In this document: one piece after another, positions 29,188-38,610 of the stretch
Layout of the letters: each line of letters opens with the position of its first letter
Position numbering within the stretch: the first letter of the stretch is position 1
From: an uncultured Myxococcales bacterium
GTDB taxonomy: Bacteria > Myxococcota_A > UBA9042 > CAIXZC01
DNA: 64,000 nucleotides
Direction of reading: 5' to 3'
Assembly: GCA_903895725.1 (NCBI GenBank)
Contig: CAITUV010000048.1
Location: 8,474-72,473, forward strand
The notes under the pieces: generated by a model
What the model saw: the letters and a program-made list of their open reading frames with translations, nothing else
Databases searched by the model: none
What the model was told of the DNA's origin: nothing
Made by a program: the position numbers and the translations under genes

Positions 29188-29684
29188 GCATCGCCGACAT
29201 CCTCTTCTACTGTCTCGCTCTGCTGACCGTGGGAAGCGCTGCCTGGGTCGCATTCTCCCGCAACATCGTGCATTCGGCGTTTGCCCTGCTCGGGACGTTC
29301 TTCGGGGTGGCCGGCCTGTACGTGTTCCTCAGCGCAGACTTCCTGGCGGTGGTCCAGGCGCTCGTGTATGTGGGCGGTATCCTCGTGCTGATCCTGTTTG
29401 CGGTGATGCTGACCGGACGGATCGGCGACGTGCAGGTGACGAACCGTTCCGCCGGCCTGGTCCCGGGGCTCCTCCTGCTCGTGATGATGGTGGCGCTGCT
29501 GGCCGGGCTTGCCGTCAACACCCCCTGGCCGGTGTCGGTACCCGGACCGGCCTCGCCCACGACCGCTGCCATGGGGGATGCACTGCTGTCCGAGTATGTC
29601 CTCCCGTTCGAGGTGATCTCGGTCCTGCTCATCGCCGCGCTCATCGGGGCGGTGACGCTCGTGCGCAAGGAGGAGGACAGATGA
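29184..29684 (+). CDS. nuoJ: NADH-quinone oxidoreductase subunit J
   Basis: 'MSIADILFYCLALLTVGSAAWVAFSRNIVHSAFALLGTFFGVAGLYVFL'. ATGA overlap with nuoI. Confidence 0.85.
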   Translation: MSIADILFYCLALLTVGSAAWVAFSRNIVHSAFALLGTFFGVAGLYVFLSADFLAVVQALVYVGGILVLILFAVMLTGRIGDVQVTNRSAGLVPGLLLLVMMVALLAGLAVNTPWPVSVPGPASPTTAAMGDALLSEYVLPFEVISVLLIAALIGAVTLVRKEEDR

Positions 29685-29989
29685 CCGTAGGACTCGTGCA
29701 CTACCTGGTGGTGGCCGCTGCGCTCTTCTCGCTGGGCCTGTTCACCGTGCTGACCCGGCGGAATGCCGTGGCGATTCTCATGGGCGTCGAGCTGATCCTG
29801 AATGCCGCCAACGTCAACTTCGCTGCGTTTTCCAGGTTTACGGCCCAGAACGTGGGCGGCCAGGTGATGGCCCTGTTCGGGATCGTGCTGGCCGCTGCCG
29901 AAGCATGCGTGGCGCTGGCAATCGTGCTGGCCGTGTTCCGGACGTTCCGGAGCGTGGACGTCAACGACACCGACAAGCTGAGAGGGTAG
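29681..29989 (+). CDS. nuoK: NADH-quinone oxidoreductase subunit K
   Basis: 'MTVGLVHYLVVAAALFSLGLFTVLTRRNAVAILMGVELILNAANVNF'. ATGA overlap with nuoJ. Confidence 0.9.
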   Translation: MTVGLVHYLVVAAALFSLGLFTVLTRRNAVAILMGVELILNAANVNFAAFSRFTAQNVGGQVMALFGIVLAAAEACVALAIVLAVFRTFRSVDVNDTDKLRG

Positions 29990-29991
29990 GC

Positions 29992-32073
29992 GTGGAACTG
30001 CATCCCTTCCCCTACTTGTTTCTGATTCCGCTTTTCCCGCTTCTGGGGGCGGTGGTCAATGGTCTCTTCGGAGCGCGGCTCCAGCGGCGCATGGGAAAGA
30101 ATGCCGTCCATGCCCTGGCCATCGCGATGCCGTGGGCCTCGTTCGCCGTGGCCGCAACCGCCTTTGCCACACTGGCGGGGCTGAGCGGCGAAAGTGCGGT
30201 GCACCAGTCCCTCTGGCCCTGGTTCTCCATCGGGCAGTTCAATGCGGACATGGCGTTCTCCATGGACCGGCTCAGCGGAGTCATGACGCTCATCGTCACG
30301 TTCGTCGGCAGCCTCATCCATGTTTACTCCACCGGCTACATGCATGACGAGCAGTCCTATTGGCGGTTTTTCGCGTACCTCAACCTGTTCATGTTCGCCA
30401 TGCTCGTCCTGGTGCTCGGGGACAGCTTCCTGACCATGTTCGTCGGATGGGAAGGGGTCGGCCTGTGCTCGTATCTCCTCATCTCGTTCTGGTACAAGGA
30501 CTCGAAGAACGCGGCTGCCGGCATGAAGGCCTTCGTGGTGAACCGGGTCGGAGATGCCGGCTTCCTCATCGGTCTGGCATTGCTCATCTGGGCCCTGTTT
30601 CCTGAGAACCTCACCGGCTTGTCCTTTCGTGAAGTGCAGGAGGTCGTGACGAACCCGGCGGTTCGAGATCGCCTCCTGTCCTCCGAGGTATTCGGCGTGG
30701 GCCTCGTGAGCCTGATCTGCGTCCTGTTCTTCGTCGGTGCCACCGGCAAGAGCGCTCAGATCCCGCTCTATGTCTGGCTTCCCGATGCCATGGCCGGTCC
30801 GACGCCCGTGTCCGCCCTGATCCACGCGGCCACCATGGTGACCGCAGGCGTGTACATGGTGGCCCGGTTGAACTTCCTGTTTGCGCTGAGCCCCGCGGCC
30901 ATGACCGTGGTGGCAACGGTCGGCGCGCTCACCGCCATCTTTGCCGCGACCATCGGCCTGTTCCAGTACGACATCAAGAAGGTGCTTGCGTACTCGACTG
31001 TCAGCCAGCTCGGCTTCATGTTCATGGCGGTGGGGGTAGGGGCCTACTGGGTCGGCATTTTCCATCTCATGACCCATGCATTCTTCAAGGCGTGCCTCTT
31101 CCTCGGGGCCGGCAGCGTGATCATGGGCTGTCACCACGAGCAGGACATGCGGCACATGGGCGGTCTCTCGAAGCTGATGCCGGTGACCGCCATCACGTAC
31201 CTGCTGGCGTGCTTTGCCATTGCAGGATTCCCGTTCTTCTCCGGCTTCTTCTCGAAGGACGAGATTCTGTGGAAGGTGTTCGACACCGGCAACCTGCTCC
31301 TTCCGGGCGGCGGCAAGCTGCTCTGGCTGCTGGGGGCCCTGGCCGCTGTATGCACGTCGTTCTACATGTTCCGGTCCTACTACCTGACGTTCTCTGGAGC
31401 TTACCGTGGGCACGGTTACCCCCACGAATCTCCCCGGAGTGTCACATTCGTGCTGTCGATCCTGGGCATCCTGTCCGTGGTCGGCGGTTACGTCGGCCTC
31501 CCGATCCTGTGGGGCCTTCCCAACTGGTTCGAGCATTGGCTGGAGCCGGTGTTCGAGCCGTCGGCCCCGTTCATCCTGTCCGCGGGGGGCACGCACGCGA
31601 CAGAGTGGACCCTGATGCTGGCGTCGGTGGGCATCGCACTGGCCGGATTCCTGGCGGCACGCTGGCTTTACAAGGGTGCGGCAAATCCGGTGCCTGCGCG
31701 GCTGCTGAGCAGCCCCAACCCGGCGCTTCGCTTCGTTCATCGCCTGGTCTTCAACAAGTACTATGTCGACGAGGCCTACCAGGCCGCGTTCGTTCGCAAA
31801 AGCCTCGATTTGAGCCGGGTGCTGTACCGGTTCGACCAGGGGGTCATCGACTTCATCGTGAACGCGTGCGGAACCGTGTCCCGGTTCTTCTCCGCCATCC
31901 AAGGGTGGATCGACTACCGCCTGGTGGACGGCATGGTCAACGGCGTTGCCACGCTGATGGTCACCGGAGGGCGTGTCCTCAAGGTGACCCAGACGGGGCG
32001 CATTCAGTCGTACGTCTACGGCATCATGGGCGGGGCCATTGCCCTGGTCGTGGCTGCCTGGTGGCTGTACTAG
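29992..32073 (+). CDS. nuoL: NADH-quinone oxidoreductase subunit L (antiporter-like)
   Basis: A GTG at 29992 (RBS GAGGG) gives 'VELHPFPYLFLIPLFPLLGAVVNG...'. Typical NuoL/Mrp antiporter sequence throughout. Confidence 0.85.
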   Translation: MELHPFPYLFLIPLFPLLGAVVNGLFGARLQRRMGKNAVHALAIAMPWASFAVAATAFATLAGLSGESAVHQSLWPWFSIGQFNADMAFSMDRLSGVMTLIVTFVGSLIHVYSTGYMHDEQSYWRFFAYLNLFMFAMLVLVLGDSFLTMFVGWEGVGLCSYLLISFWYKDSKNAAAGMKAFVVNRVGDAGFLIGLALLIWALFPENLTGLSFREVQEVVTNPAVRDRLLSSEVFGVGLVSLICVLFFVGATGKSAQIPLYVWLPDAMAGPTPVSALIHAATMVTAGVYMVARLNFLFALSPAAMTVVATVGALTAIFAATIGLFQYDIKKVLAYSTVSQLGFMFMAVGVGAYWVGIFHLMTHAFFKACLFLGAGSVIMGCHHEQDMRHMGGLSKLMPVTAITYLLACFAIAGFPFFSGFFSKDEILWKVFDTGNLLLPGGGKLLWLLGALAAVCTSFYMFRSYYLTFSGAYRGHGYPHESPRSVTFVLSILGILSVVGGYVGLPILWGLPNWFEHWLEPVFEPSAPFILSAGGTHATEWTLMLASVGIALAGFLAARWLYKGAANPVPARLLSSPNPALRFVHRLVFNKYYVDEAYQAAFVRKSLDLSRVLYRFDQGVIDFIVNACGTVSRFFSAIQGWIDYRLVDGMVNGVATLMVTGGRVLKVTQTGRIQSYVYGIMGGAIALVVAAWWLY

Positions 32074-32086
32074 GGGGGAGCTCGAG

Positions 32087-33751
32087 ATGGAATACCAGAG
32101 CACGAGCACACTGTTGAGTTGGATGGTCTTCACGCCCCTTCTCGGGGCCGTGGCGATTCTCCTGGCCATGGCATTCCGGGGCACGCTGCGCCTGGAAGGG
32201 AAGTGGATGGACGATTTCGCCCGCGTCGTGGGCGTCGCCAGCATGACTGCGGTCGTCCTCATGGGCATTGCTCTCTACCTGGGCTTTGACGGGAAGAGCA
32301 CGGCCGTGCAGTTCATCCACCACTTCGTCTGGATCCGGGAGTACAACATCGAGTACTTCCTCGGCGTCGACGGCGTGAGCATCACCATGGTCCTGCTGAC
32401 CGCTGCCGTGGGATTCGTGGGCATGCTGGCCTCGGTCCCCTGGTGGGGGAAGCTGGACGATCATCATCACCCCCACTTCTCGAAGCGTCGGGTCCCGGGC
32501 TACATGGTCCTTTTCCTCCTGCTCCAGACCGGAATCATGGGGACCTTCTGCGCACTCGACTTCTTCATGTTCTACATGTTCTGGGAGCTGATGCTCCTGC
32601 CCATGTATTTCCTCATCGGCATCTGGGGAGCCCCCACGCGGACCGAGGCTGACGGTCGCGTCCGGGGCGGGCCGTATGCGGCCATCAAGTTCTTCCTGTA
32701 CACCCTGGCCGGGAGCGTCCTCATGCTGCTGGCCATGATTGCGCTGTACTACACGTCCGGCCCGGCCACGCTGGTCGACGGAACCCCCACGCAGCATACG
32801 TTCAACCTGCTCTACCTGGCCCGCATGGGGCAGCAGGGGCTGTTCGCAGGTGCGGCACCGATCCTGGGAATGGCCTTCTCCAAGGTGGTGTTCGTCGGCC
32901 TCTTCATTGCGTTCTCCATCAAGGTTCCGATGTTCCCCTTCCACACGTGGCTTCCCGATGCTCATGTCGATGCTCCCACCCCGATCTCCGTGATCCTGGC
33001 GGGCATCCTCCTCAAGACGGGAGCCTACGGAATCCTGCGGTTCAACTTCTCGATCCTGCCCGAGGCGGCGAACTGGGCCGCGTATGGGATTGCCGTGTTC
33101 GGGGCGATCAACATCGTGTATGCGGCCTTCGTCTGCATGGCACAGAAGGACCTCAAGAAGCTGATTGCTTACTCGTCGGTCAGTCACATGGGCTTCTGCC
33201 TGCTGGGCTTTGCAGCCATGACGCCCCAGGCCATGAGCGGAGCGGTGTTCGTCATGGTGGCGCACGGGATCATCTCTCCCATGCTCTTCCTCATCGCCGG
33301 GGTCGTGTACGACCGGGCGCACACCCGTGACATCAACGGGTTTGGCGGACTGGCGTCCAAGTTGCCCGAATACGCGGGCATCACCGGGCTGGCGTTCATG
33401 GCATCGCTCGGCCTGCCGGGCCTTGCCGGCTTCGTCGGCGAGGTGCTGGTGTTTCTCGGTGCGTTCGGCTCGGCCATCGCCGGCTTCAAGGTGCTGGTCA
33501 TGGTGAGCGTGGTTGCCGTCATCATCACCGCGGCGTACTACCTCTGGACCATCCACCGGATGTTCCTCGGGCCGCTCAACGAGAAGTGGGCCGGGCTGTG
33601 GGATATGAACTGGCGTGAGCGCTTCACCCTTTACCCGCTGGCTGTGCTCACCGTCCTGTTCGGCTTCTACCCGATGCCCCTGTTCGACTTGATGAACCCG
33701 ACACTCGGCTGGCTGGTGGAAACGGTTTCGAGAGTCGGCAACATCCTCTAG
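32087..33751 (+). CDS. nuoM: NADH-quinone oxidoreductase subunit M
   Basis: RBS GGGGGGAG then ATG. 'MEYQSTSTLLSWMVFTPLLGAV...'. NuoM-type antiporter-like membrane protein. Confidence 0.9.
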   Translation: MEYQSTSTLLSWMVFTPLLGAVAILLAMAFRGTLRLEGKWMDDFARVVGVASMTAVVLMGIALYLGFDGKSTAVQFIHHFVWIREYNIEYFLGVDGVSITMVLLTAAVGFVGMLASVPWWGKLDDHHHPHFSKRRVPGYMVLFLLLQTGIMGTFCALDFFMFYMFWELMLLPMYFLIGIWGAPTRTEADGRVRGGPYAAIKFFLYTLAGSVLMLLAMIALYYTSGPATLVDGTPTQHTFNLLYLARMGQQGLFAGAAPILGMAFSKVVFVGLFIAFSIKVPMFPFHTWLPDAHVDAPTPISVILAGILLKTGAYGILRFNFSILPEAANWAAYGIAVFGAINIVYAAFVCMAQKDLKKLIAYSSVSHMGFCLLGFAAMTPQAMSGAVFVMVAHGIISPMLFLIAGVVYDRAHTRDINGFGGLASKLPEYAGITGLAFMASLGLPGLAGFVGEVLVFLGAFGSAIAGFKVLVMVSVVAVIITAAYYLWTIHRMFLGPLNEKWAGLWDMNWRERFTLYPLAVLTVLFGFYPMPLFDLMNPTLGWLVETVSRVGNIL

Positions 33752-33762
33752 GAGGGAAGGCC

Positions 33763-35268
33763 GTGCCCGCACAGCTTACATCGATGTCGAGCCTGTCCCT
33801 CTTCGCACCGGAGCTTGTCCTGTCCGGCGCGATGGCCGTGCTCCTGGTCGTGGACCTGCTCCTCCGGGAATCGCCCTCGAAGCGGCGGGTTCTCGGAGTT
33901 CTGGCCATCGGCGGTCTCCTGCTTGCCGGACTCGCCCTGCGTCCGGTCGCGTGCGAGGCCCCCACGACCTTCTTCTCGGGGATGATCGCGCTCGATCCCA
34001 TGGCGGTCTTCTTCAAGGGCTTCTTCGTTCTCGTGGGGATCTTGGGAGTGCTGCTCGCCCTGATCTCCGCCGAGCTGGAAACCGTCCGAATCGGGGAGTA
34101 CCTGGCGCTGATTCTCAGCCTCGTACTCGGAATGTCCCTGCTGGCCAGCGCCTCGAATCTGCTGATGATCTACCTGTCGCTGGAGCTCGTGTCGATTCCG
34201 TCGTACGTGCTCGCCGGTTTCCGCAAGGGGGACCGCCAGGGGAGCGAAGGTGCGCTGAAGTACGTCATCTACGGGGCCGTGGCATCGGGAATCATGCTCT
34301 TCGGGATGTCGCTGATCTACGGGTTGTCCGGTACCCTGGACGTGCAGGATCTGCGCCGCGTGGTGTTTGCGGCGGCCTCAAATCCGGCCATCTCGGCGGC
34401 GCTCCTGGTCGGCCTGATGCTGACGCTGGCCGGGTTCCTCTACAAGATTGCGGCGGTCCCGTTCCACATGTGGTGCCCCGATGTCTACCAGGGGGCCCCC
34501 ACGCCGTTCACCGCGTTCCTCTCGGTGGGACCCAAGGCTGCCGGCTTTGCCATCCTCGTCCGCTTCTTCCACGTGGCGTTCGTGGACCGGAGCGGTGCCG
34601 GTGCCGCCGCTGGGCTCCCCTGGCCGGTCATCTTCGGAATCATCTCCATGTCCACCATGACGCTGGCCAACCTGGTGGCCCTGACGCAGACCAACGTCAA
34701 GCGGCTGCTGGCCTGGTCTTCGGTGGCCCATGCCGGGTACATCCTCATGGGCTTCTCCCTGGCAAATTCCCAGGGGGTGCACGCAATCCTGCTCTACCTG
34801 ATCCTCTACCTCGTGATGAACCTGGGGGCATTCCTCGCCGTGATGGCCGTCCGCGATGCCACCGGGTCGGAGGACCTCTCGGCCTACCGCGGCCTGTCCT
34901 CCCGCTCCCCGGCTGTGGCAATCTCGATGGCGGTGTTCCTTTTCTCCCTCACCGGCCTCCCGCCGCTGGCCGGATTCATCGGCAAGTTTTACATCTTCGC
35001 CGCGGTGCTCAACGAGGGGGGCCTCTTCTACTACGCACTGGCGCTCGTCGGCGTGGTCAATTCCGTGGTAAGCCTCTACTACTATGCGCTCGTCGTGAGA
35101 GCGATGTTCCTTGAATCCGCTCCGGCTCAGAGCCCTCGCCTGGCCGTGAGCCCTGCCTACGTCGCTCTGCTGTTCACGCTCGTGATTCCGACCGTGGTGC
35201 TGGGGATCTACTGGCAGCCGCTGTCGGAGCTCGCCTCGGCTTCGCTGGGGTTGTACATCGGACGCTAG
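33763..35268 (+). CDS. nuoN: NADH-quinone oxidoreductase subunit N
   Basis: GTG start after RBS GGAGGGAAGG. 'LSLFAPELVLSGAMAVLLVVDLL...'. Confidence 0.9.
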   Translation: MPAQLTSMSSLSLFAPELVLSGAMAVLLVVDLLLRESPSKRRVLGVLAIGGLLLAGLALRPVACEAPTTFFSGMIALDPMAVFFKGFFVLVGILGVLLALISAELETVRIGEYLALILSLVLGMSLLASASNLLMIYLSLELVSIPSYVLAGFRKGDRQGSEGALKYVIYGAVASGIMLFGMSLIYGLSGTLDVQDLRRVVFAAASNPAISAALLVGLMLTLAGFLYKIAAVPFHMWCPDVYQGAPTPFTAFLSVGPKAAGFAILVRFFHVAFVDRSGAGAAAGLPWPVIFGIISMSTMTLANLVALTQTNVKRLLAWSSVAHAGYILMGFSLANSQGVHAILLYLILYLVMNLGAFLAVMAVRDATGSEDLSAYRGLSSRSPAVAISMAVFLFSLTGLPPLAGFIGKFYIFAAVLNEGGLFYYALALVGVVNSVVSLYYYALVVRAMFLESAPAQSPRLAVSPAYVALLFTLVIPTVVLGIYWQPLSELASASLGLYIGR

Positions 35269-35279
35269 CGGGGCCGCCT

Positions 35280-35304
35280 CATCGATTGCGCCCCATCGAT
35301 TGCG
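35280..35304 (+). promoter_or_regulatory. Direct repeat CATCGATTGCG x2 (14-bp periodicity, each containing a palindromic ATCGAT core) between nuoN and the zinc-ribbon gene. Possible regulator binding site.
   Basis: Read directly from the sequence. Confidence 0.15.
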
Positions 35305-35367
35305 ATTCCCTCCGCCTTCACGATGCGCTACACTACGAGACGGGACGCCAGCCGGGGGGAGGTGAGG

Positions 35368-35745
35368 ATGATCGTTCTGACCGTGCGATGCCCTCATTGC
35401 GGAGCCGACCTGATGGACAACGACAACCGGATGGACGGGGTTCCGTCGATTCGCCTGGCAACCTCCAGCTCGCTGGGGAACCGTGACATCGGACTGTCCG
35501 CCGTGTACGGCAGCTTCCAGGTTCGCTCCCAGCGTCAGATGACATCCGGGGAGACGGTGTTGTTCGCTTGTCCGACGTGCAGGAGGCAGTTGCTGTTTCC
35601 GGAGGGCTGTCCCCAATGCGAGGCGACGCTCGTTCGTCTCGAGCTCATCATAGGAGGCCATGTCGTGTTCTGCTCGCGCCGTGGGTGCAAGTTCCACCGC
35701 CTGGACGTGTCCGACCGGTCACGTCTCGCCGAGCTGATGCGCTAG
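35368..35745 (+). CDS. Small zinc-ribbon protein (four CxxC-type pairs). Unknown function.
   Basis: 'MIVLTVRCPHCGADL...FACPTCRRQLLFPEGCPQCEATL...FCSRRGCKF'. Strong RBS GGGGGGAGGTGAGG before ATG 35368. An alternative in-frame ATG exists at 35323. Confidence 0.6.
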   Translation: MIVLTVRCPHCGADLMDNDNRMDGVPSIRLATSSSLGNRDIGLSAVYGSFQVRSQRQMTSGETVLFACPTCRRQLLFPEGCPQCEATLVRLELIIGGHVVFCSRRGCKFHRLDVSDRSRLAELMR

Positions 35746-35770
35746 ACTTCACATTGACCGGGAGGAGAAG

Positions 35771-37348
35771 TTGAGCTTCAAGGATGACGATGGAGTAGGA
35801 CCGCAGAGCAGCGGGGGTGAATCAGCGGCCTCGTCGGCCGACGAGGGATCGGCAACAGGAAGGCGCAGGCGGCGCCGCCGGAAGGGGAGGGGGCGCACTG
35901 CGGAAGGGGAGGCCGGTTCCGTGCAGGCAACCGATCCCCCTGCCGGCAACGCCCCGGCCGCAGCCGACGAGTTGGCGCAGGACAGTTGGGACATCGACGA
36001 ATTTCGCGTGCCGCCCGCCCCGGGCAAGATGCGCTTCCACGACCTCGAGCTTCCCTTGGAAATGATGCACGCCATAGCGGACCTCGGATTCGAGTACTGC
36101 ACTCCCATCCAGGCTGCGGCGCTCCCCGTGGCGCTCGCAGGACGGGACGTCTTCGGCCGGGCTCAGACCGGTACCGGAAAGACCGCAGCGTTCCTGATCT
36201 CGCTGCTCGTCCGGCTGCTGCAGCATCCCCCCGAGGGACGCCGGCGCAAGGGGACGCCCAGGGCTCTGATCCTGGCCCCCACCCGGGAGCTCGTGATGCA
36301 GATCCATGCCGATGCCCTGGCACTCGGCTCCTACCTTCCCCAGCACGTCCTGGCCGTGTTCGGAGGCATGGACTACAACCGCCAGGAGCAGGCGCTCAAG
36401 GCGCTCCCGGTCGACATCCTCGTGGCCACGCCCGGCCGACTCCTCGACTTCAAGCGACGGCACATCATCGAGCTCTCCGAGGTGGATTCCCTCGTCATCG
36501 ACGAGGCCGACCGGATGCTCGACATGGGGTTCCTTCCCGACGTGTCCAACATCATCCGGAGCACGGCCCCCAGGGAGCAGCGCCATACCATGCTGTTCAG
36601 CGCCACGCTGACACCGGAAGTGCGTCGCCTGGCGTCGCAGTGGACTCGAGACCCCATCCAGATCGACATCGAGCCGACCCAGGTCGCAGTGGATACCGTC
36701 GAGCCGGTGACCTACATCGTGACCGATGCCGAGAAGCTTACCGTGCTGGTCAACCTCGTGAAGAAGCGGGAGCTGACCCGAGTGCTCGTCTTCTGCAATC
36801 GACGCGATCAGACGGCCCGCATCTGCGATCATCTGCAGGCCTACGGAATCGAGGCCGAGCAGATTTCCGGCGACGTGCCGCAGAAGACCCGAGTCACGAC
36901 TCTGGGCCGCTTCCGGCAAGGGGACGTGCGGGTGCTCGTCGCAACCGACGTGGCTGCCAGGGGGATTCACGTCGACGGCATCAGCCACGTGGTGAACTAC
37001 GACCTGCCGGAGAATCCGGAGGACTACGTCCATCGGATCGGCCGGACCGGGAGAGCCGGGGAGCATGGCACGTCCATCAGCTTCGCGTCGGAGACGGACG
37101 CGTTCTACGTGGAGCCCATCGAGGCCTTCATCGGCCGTCCGCTGCCACGCACGTTCCCGGATGAGGCCGAGCTGCTCGAGCCGTTGCCCCCGCCGCTGCG
37201 ACCGCTGAAGGAGCGGGAGCGACGCCGAGGCCGGGATGATGGACGTCCGGGAGGGCGGAGCGGAAGACCGGGCGGGAGCCGCATGGGCGGGCGCGATGGC
37301 AGCCGCAGCAGCGGGCGCACCGGGAGCTTCAGGAAGCGGGGGCGTTAG
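35771..37348 (+). CDS. DEAD-box ATP-dependent RNA helicase (RhlE/RhlB-like) with Arg/Gly-rich N- and C-terminal tails.
   Basis: 'AQTGTGKT' (motif I), 'PTREL', 'VIDEADRMLDMGF' (DEAD), 'SAT', 'HRIGRTGRAG'. TTG start after GGGAGGAG. Confidence 0.9.
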   Translation: MSFKDDDGVGPQSSGGESAASSADEGSATGRRRRRRRKGRGRTAEGEAGSVQATDPPAGNAPAAADELAQDSWDIDEFRVPPAPGKMRFHDLELPLEMMHAIADLGFEYCTPIQAAALPVALAGRDVFGRAQTGTGKTAAFLISLLVRLLQHPPEGRRRKGTPRALILAPTRELVMQIHADALALGSYLPQHVLAVFGGMDYNRQEQALKALPVDILVATPGRLLDFKRRHIIELSEVDSLVIDEADRMLDMGFLPDVSNIIRSTAPREQRHTMLFSATLTPEVRRLASQWTRDPIQIDIEPTQVAVDTVEPVTYIVTDAEKLTVLVNLVKKRELTRVLVFCNRRDQTARICDHLQAYGIEAEQISGDVPQKTRVTTLGRFRQGDVRVLVATDVAARGIHVDGISHVVNYDLPENPEDYVHRIGRTGRAGEHGTSISFASETDAFYVEPIEAFIGRPLPRTFPDEAELLEPLPPPLRPLKERERRRGRDDGRPGGRSGRPGGSRMGGRDGSRSSGRTGSFRKRGR

Positions 37349-37417
37349 GGGGCCCGGAGGGTAGCATCACAGGCAGGCTATCGTTCTGGATTCCACCGGC
37401 GGGACCGCACCAGCCGA

Positions 37418-38392
37418 TCAGGACTCAGCGGACTTTCTCGACGACAGCCTCAGCGCGTCCATCACCCTCAAGTTTGCCACCGCGTCCTGAACAGGCCAGC
37501 GAGGGCTCGAACGTCCGGTGCAGGCATCGACGAAATCCGCAACCTGGAGGCTGTAAGAGTTGCTGCCGGCAACCCGGATCAACCGGTCCTCCTGGCCATG
37601 GCGCTGCAGCCGGATGGAAGCCTCATCGTCCCCCGGGTGCCAGGGGCTGTCGAGCACGAAAGAGCCGGTGGTTCCCTGAATCACGGCCTGGTGCCGCTCC
37701 GCGCTCCGGATGCTCGTGAAGAAGCGTGCCAGGACTCCGTTGGGGAATTGGAGGATGCCGGTCATCGAATCATCCACCTGGGCTCCGACCGACGCCGCCT
37801 CCACGCGACTTGGCTCACAACCGGCAACTCGTCGCGAGAGGTTGATGCAGTAGCAGCCCACGTCGGCAAGAGCACCTCCTCCGAGCTCCGCCGAATCCAC
37901 GATGGAGCCCGGCTCGTCCAGCAGGAAGGAGAACACGCTGTCCATGGCGACGACCGAACCGATGAGCCCCGAATCGAGCAGCTCGAACAGGCGGGTGTAG
38001 ACCGGATGGTGTCGGTACATGAAGGCCTCGACGACCACACGACCCGACCGGCGTGCGGCGGCTTCGATTTCCTCGGCCTCCCGAACATCGAGGGCAAGCG
38101 GCTTCTCGCACAGAACATGCAGTCCCGCCTCGAGGGAGCGAACGGCCCACTCCCGGTGCAATGAGTTCGGAAGGGGGATGTACACCGCGTCCACGTCACC
38201 GCTCGAGATCAGGGCGTCGTAGGAGGCAAACGCAGCCGGAATTCCGTATCGGGCGGCAAATGTCCGGGCTCGATCGCCAGTCCGGCTCGCCACCGCAGTC
38301 AGACAGGAGCCCGAGTGTCCCACGATGGCGGGAATCATTCGTTCACAGATGGATGCGGTGCCCAGAATCCCCCAGCGCAGTTGTCGGCTCAC
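37418..38392 (-). CDS. Gfo/Idh/MocA-family NAD(P)-dependent oxidoreductase
   Basis: 'LRWGILGTASICERMIPAI...EKPLALDVREAEEI'. A GTG at 38392 (minus strand) is preceded by GGAGGAGG. The track ORF to 38467 lacks an RBS. Confidence 0.8.
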   Translation of the reverse strand: MSRQLRWGILGTASICERMIPAIVGHSGSCLTAVASRTGDRARTFAARYGIPAAFASYDALISSGDVDAVYIPLPNSLHREWAVRSLEAGLHVLCEKPLALDVREAEEIEAAARRSGRVVVEAFMYRHHPVYTRLFELLDSGLIGSVVAMDSVFSFLLDEPGSIVDSAELGGGALADVGCYCINLSRRVAGCEPSRVEAASVGAQVDDSMTGILQFPNGVLARFFTSIRSAERHQAVIQGTTGSFVLDSPWHPGDDEASIRLQRHGQEDRLIRVAGSNSYSLQVADFVDACTGRSSPRWPVQDAVANLRVMDALRLSSRKSAES

Positions 38393-38530
38393 GGCGGCCT
38401 CCTCCGGTGCACGTCGATGGACGGAGGACGGGATGGCAAAGGCTTGCCCGTTCTCCGTGCGGTGCATCTCGTCAGCGGCAATCTACTTCCCGGCCGCTCC
38501 GGGCGCAAGCGGGAACGCTGCCGTGGACAG

Positions 38531-38554
38531 CCGTTTCCGCTTGACACGAAACGG
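38531..38554 (+). promoter_or_regulatory. Inverted repeat CCGTTTC-(10)-GAAACGG with a perfect TTGACA hexamer in its loop, in the divergent intergenic region between the oxidoreductase and hisG.
   Basis: Perfect 7-bp stem. The TTGACA has no good -10 partner. Confidence 0.2.
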
Positions 38555-38610
38555 GCCGAATGCACACACTTGGCTCCTGGAAGGCGGCTCTAGACCGTGA
38601 AGGAGGCCCC

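Noticed and set aside
35323-35367. Longer start (35323) for the zinc-ribbon ORF.
   Set aside because: The ATG at 35368 has a far stronger RBS (GGGGGGAGGTGAGG). It is kept as an alternative.
38541-38546. Perfect TTGACA hexamer upstream of hisG as a promoter -35.
   Set aside because: No acceptable -10 lies within 16-19 nt. It sits inside a hairpin loop, so it is reported only as an inverted repeat.
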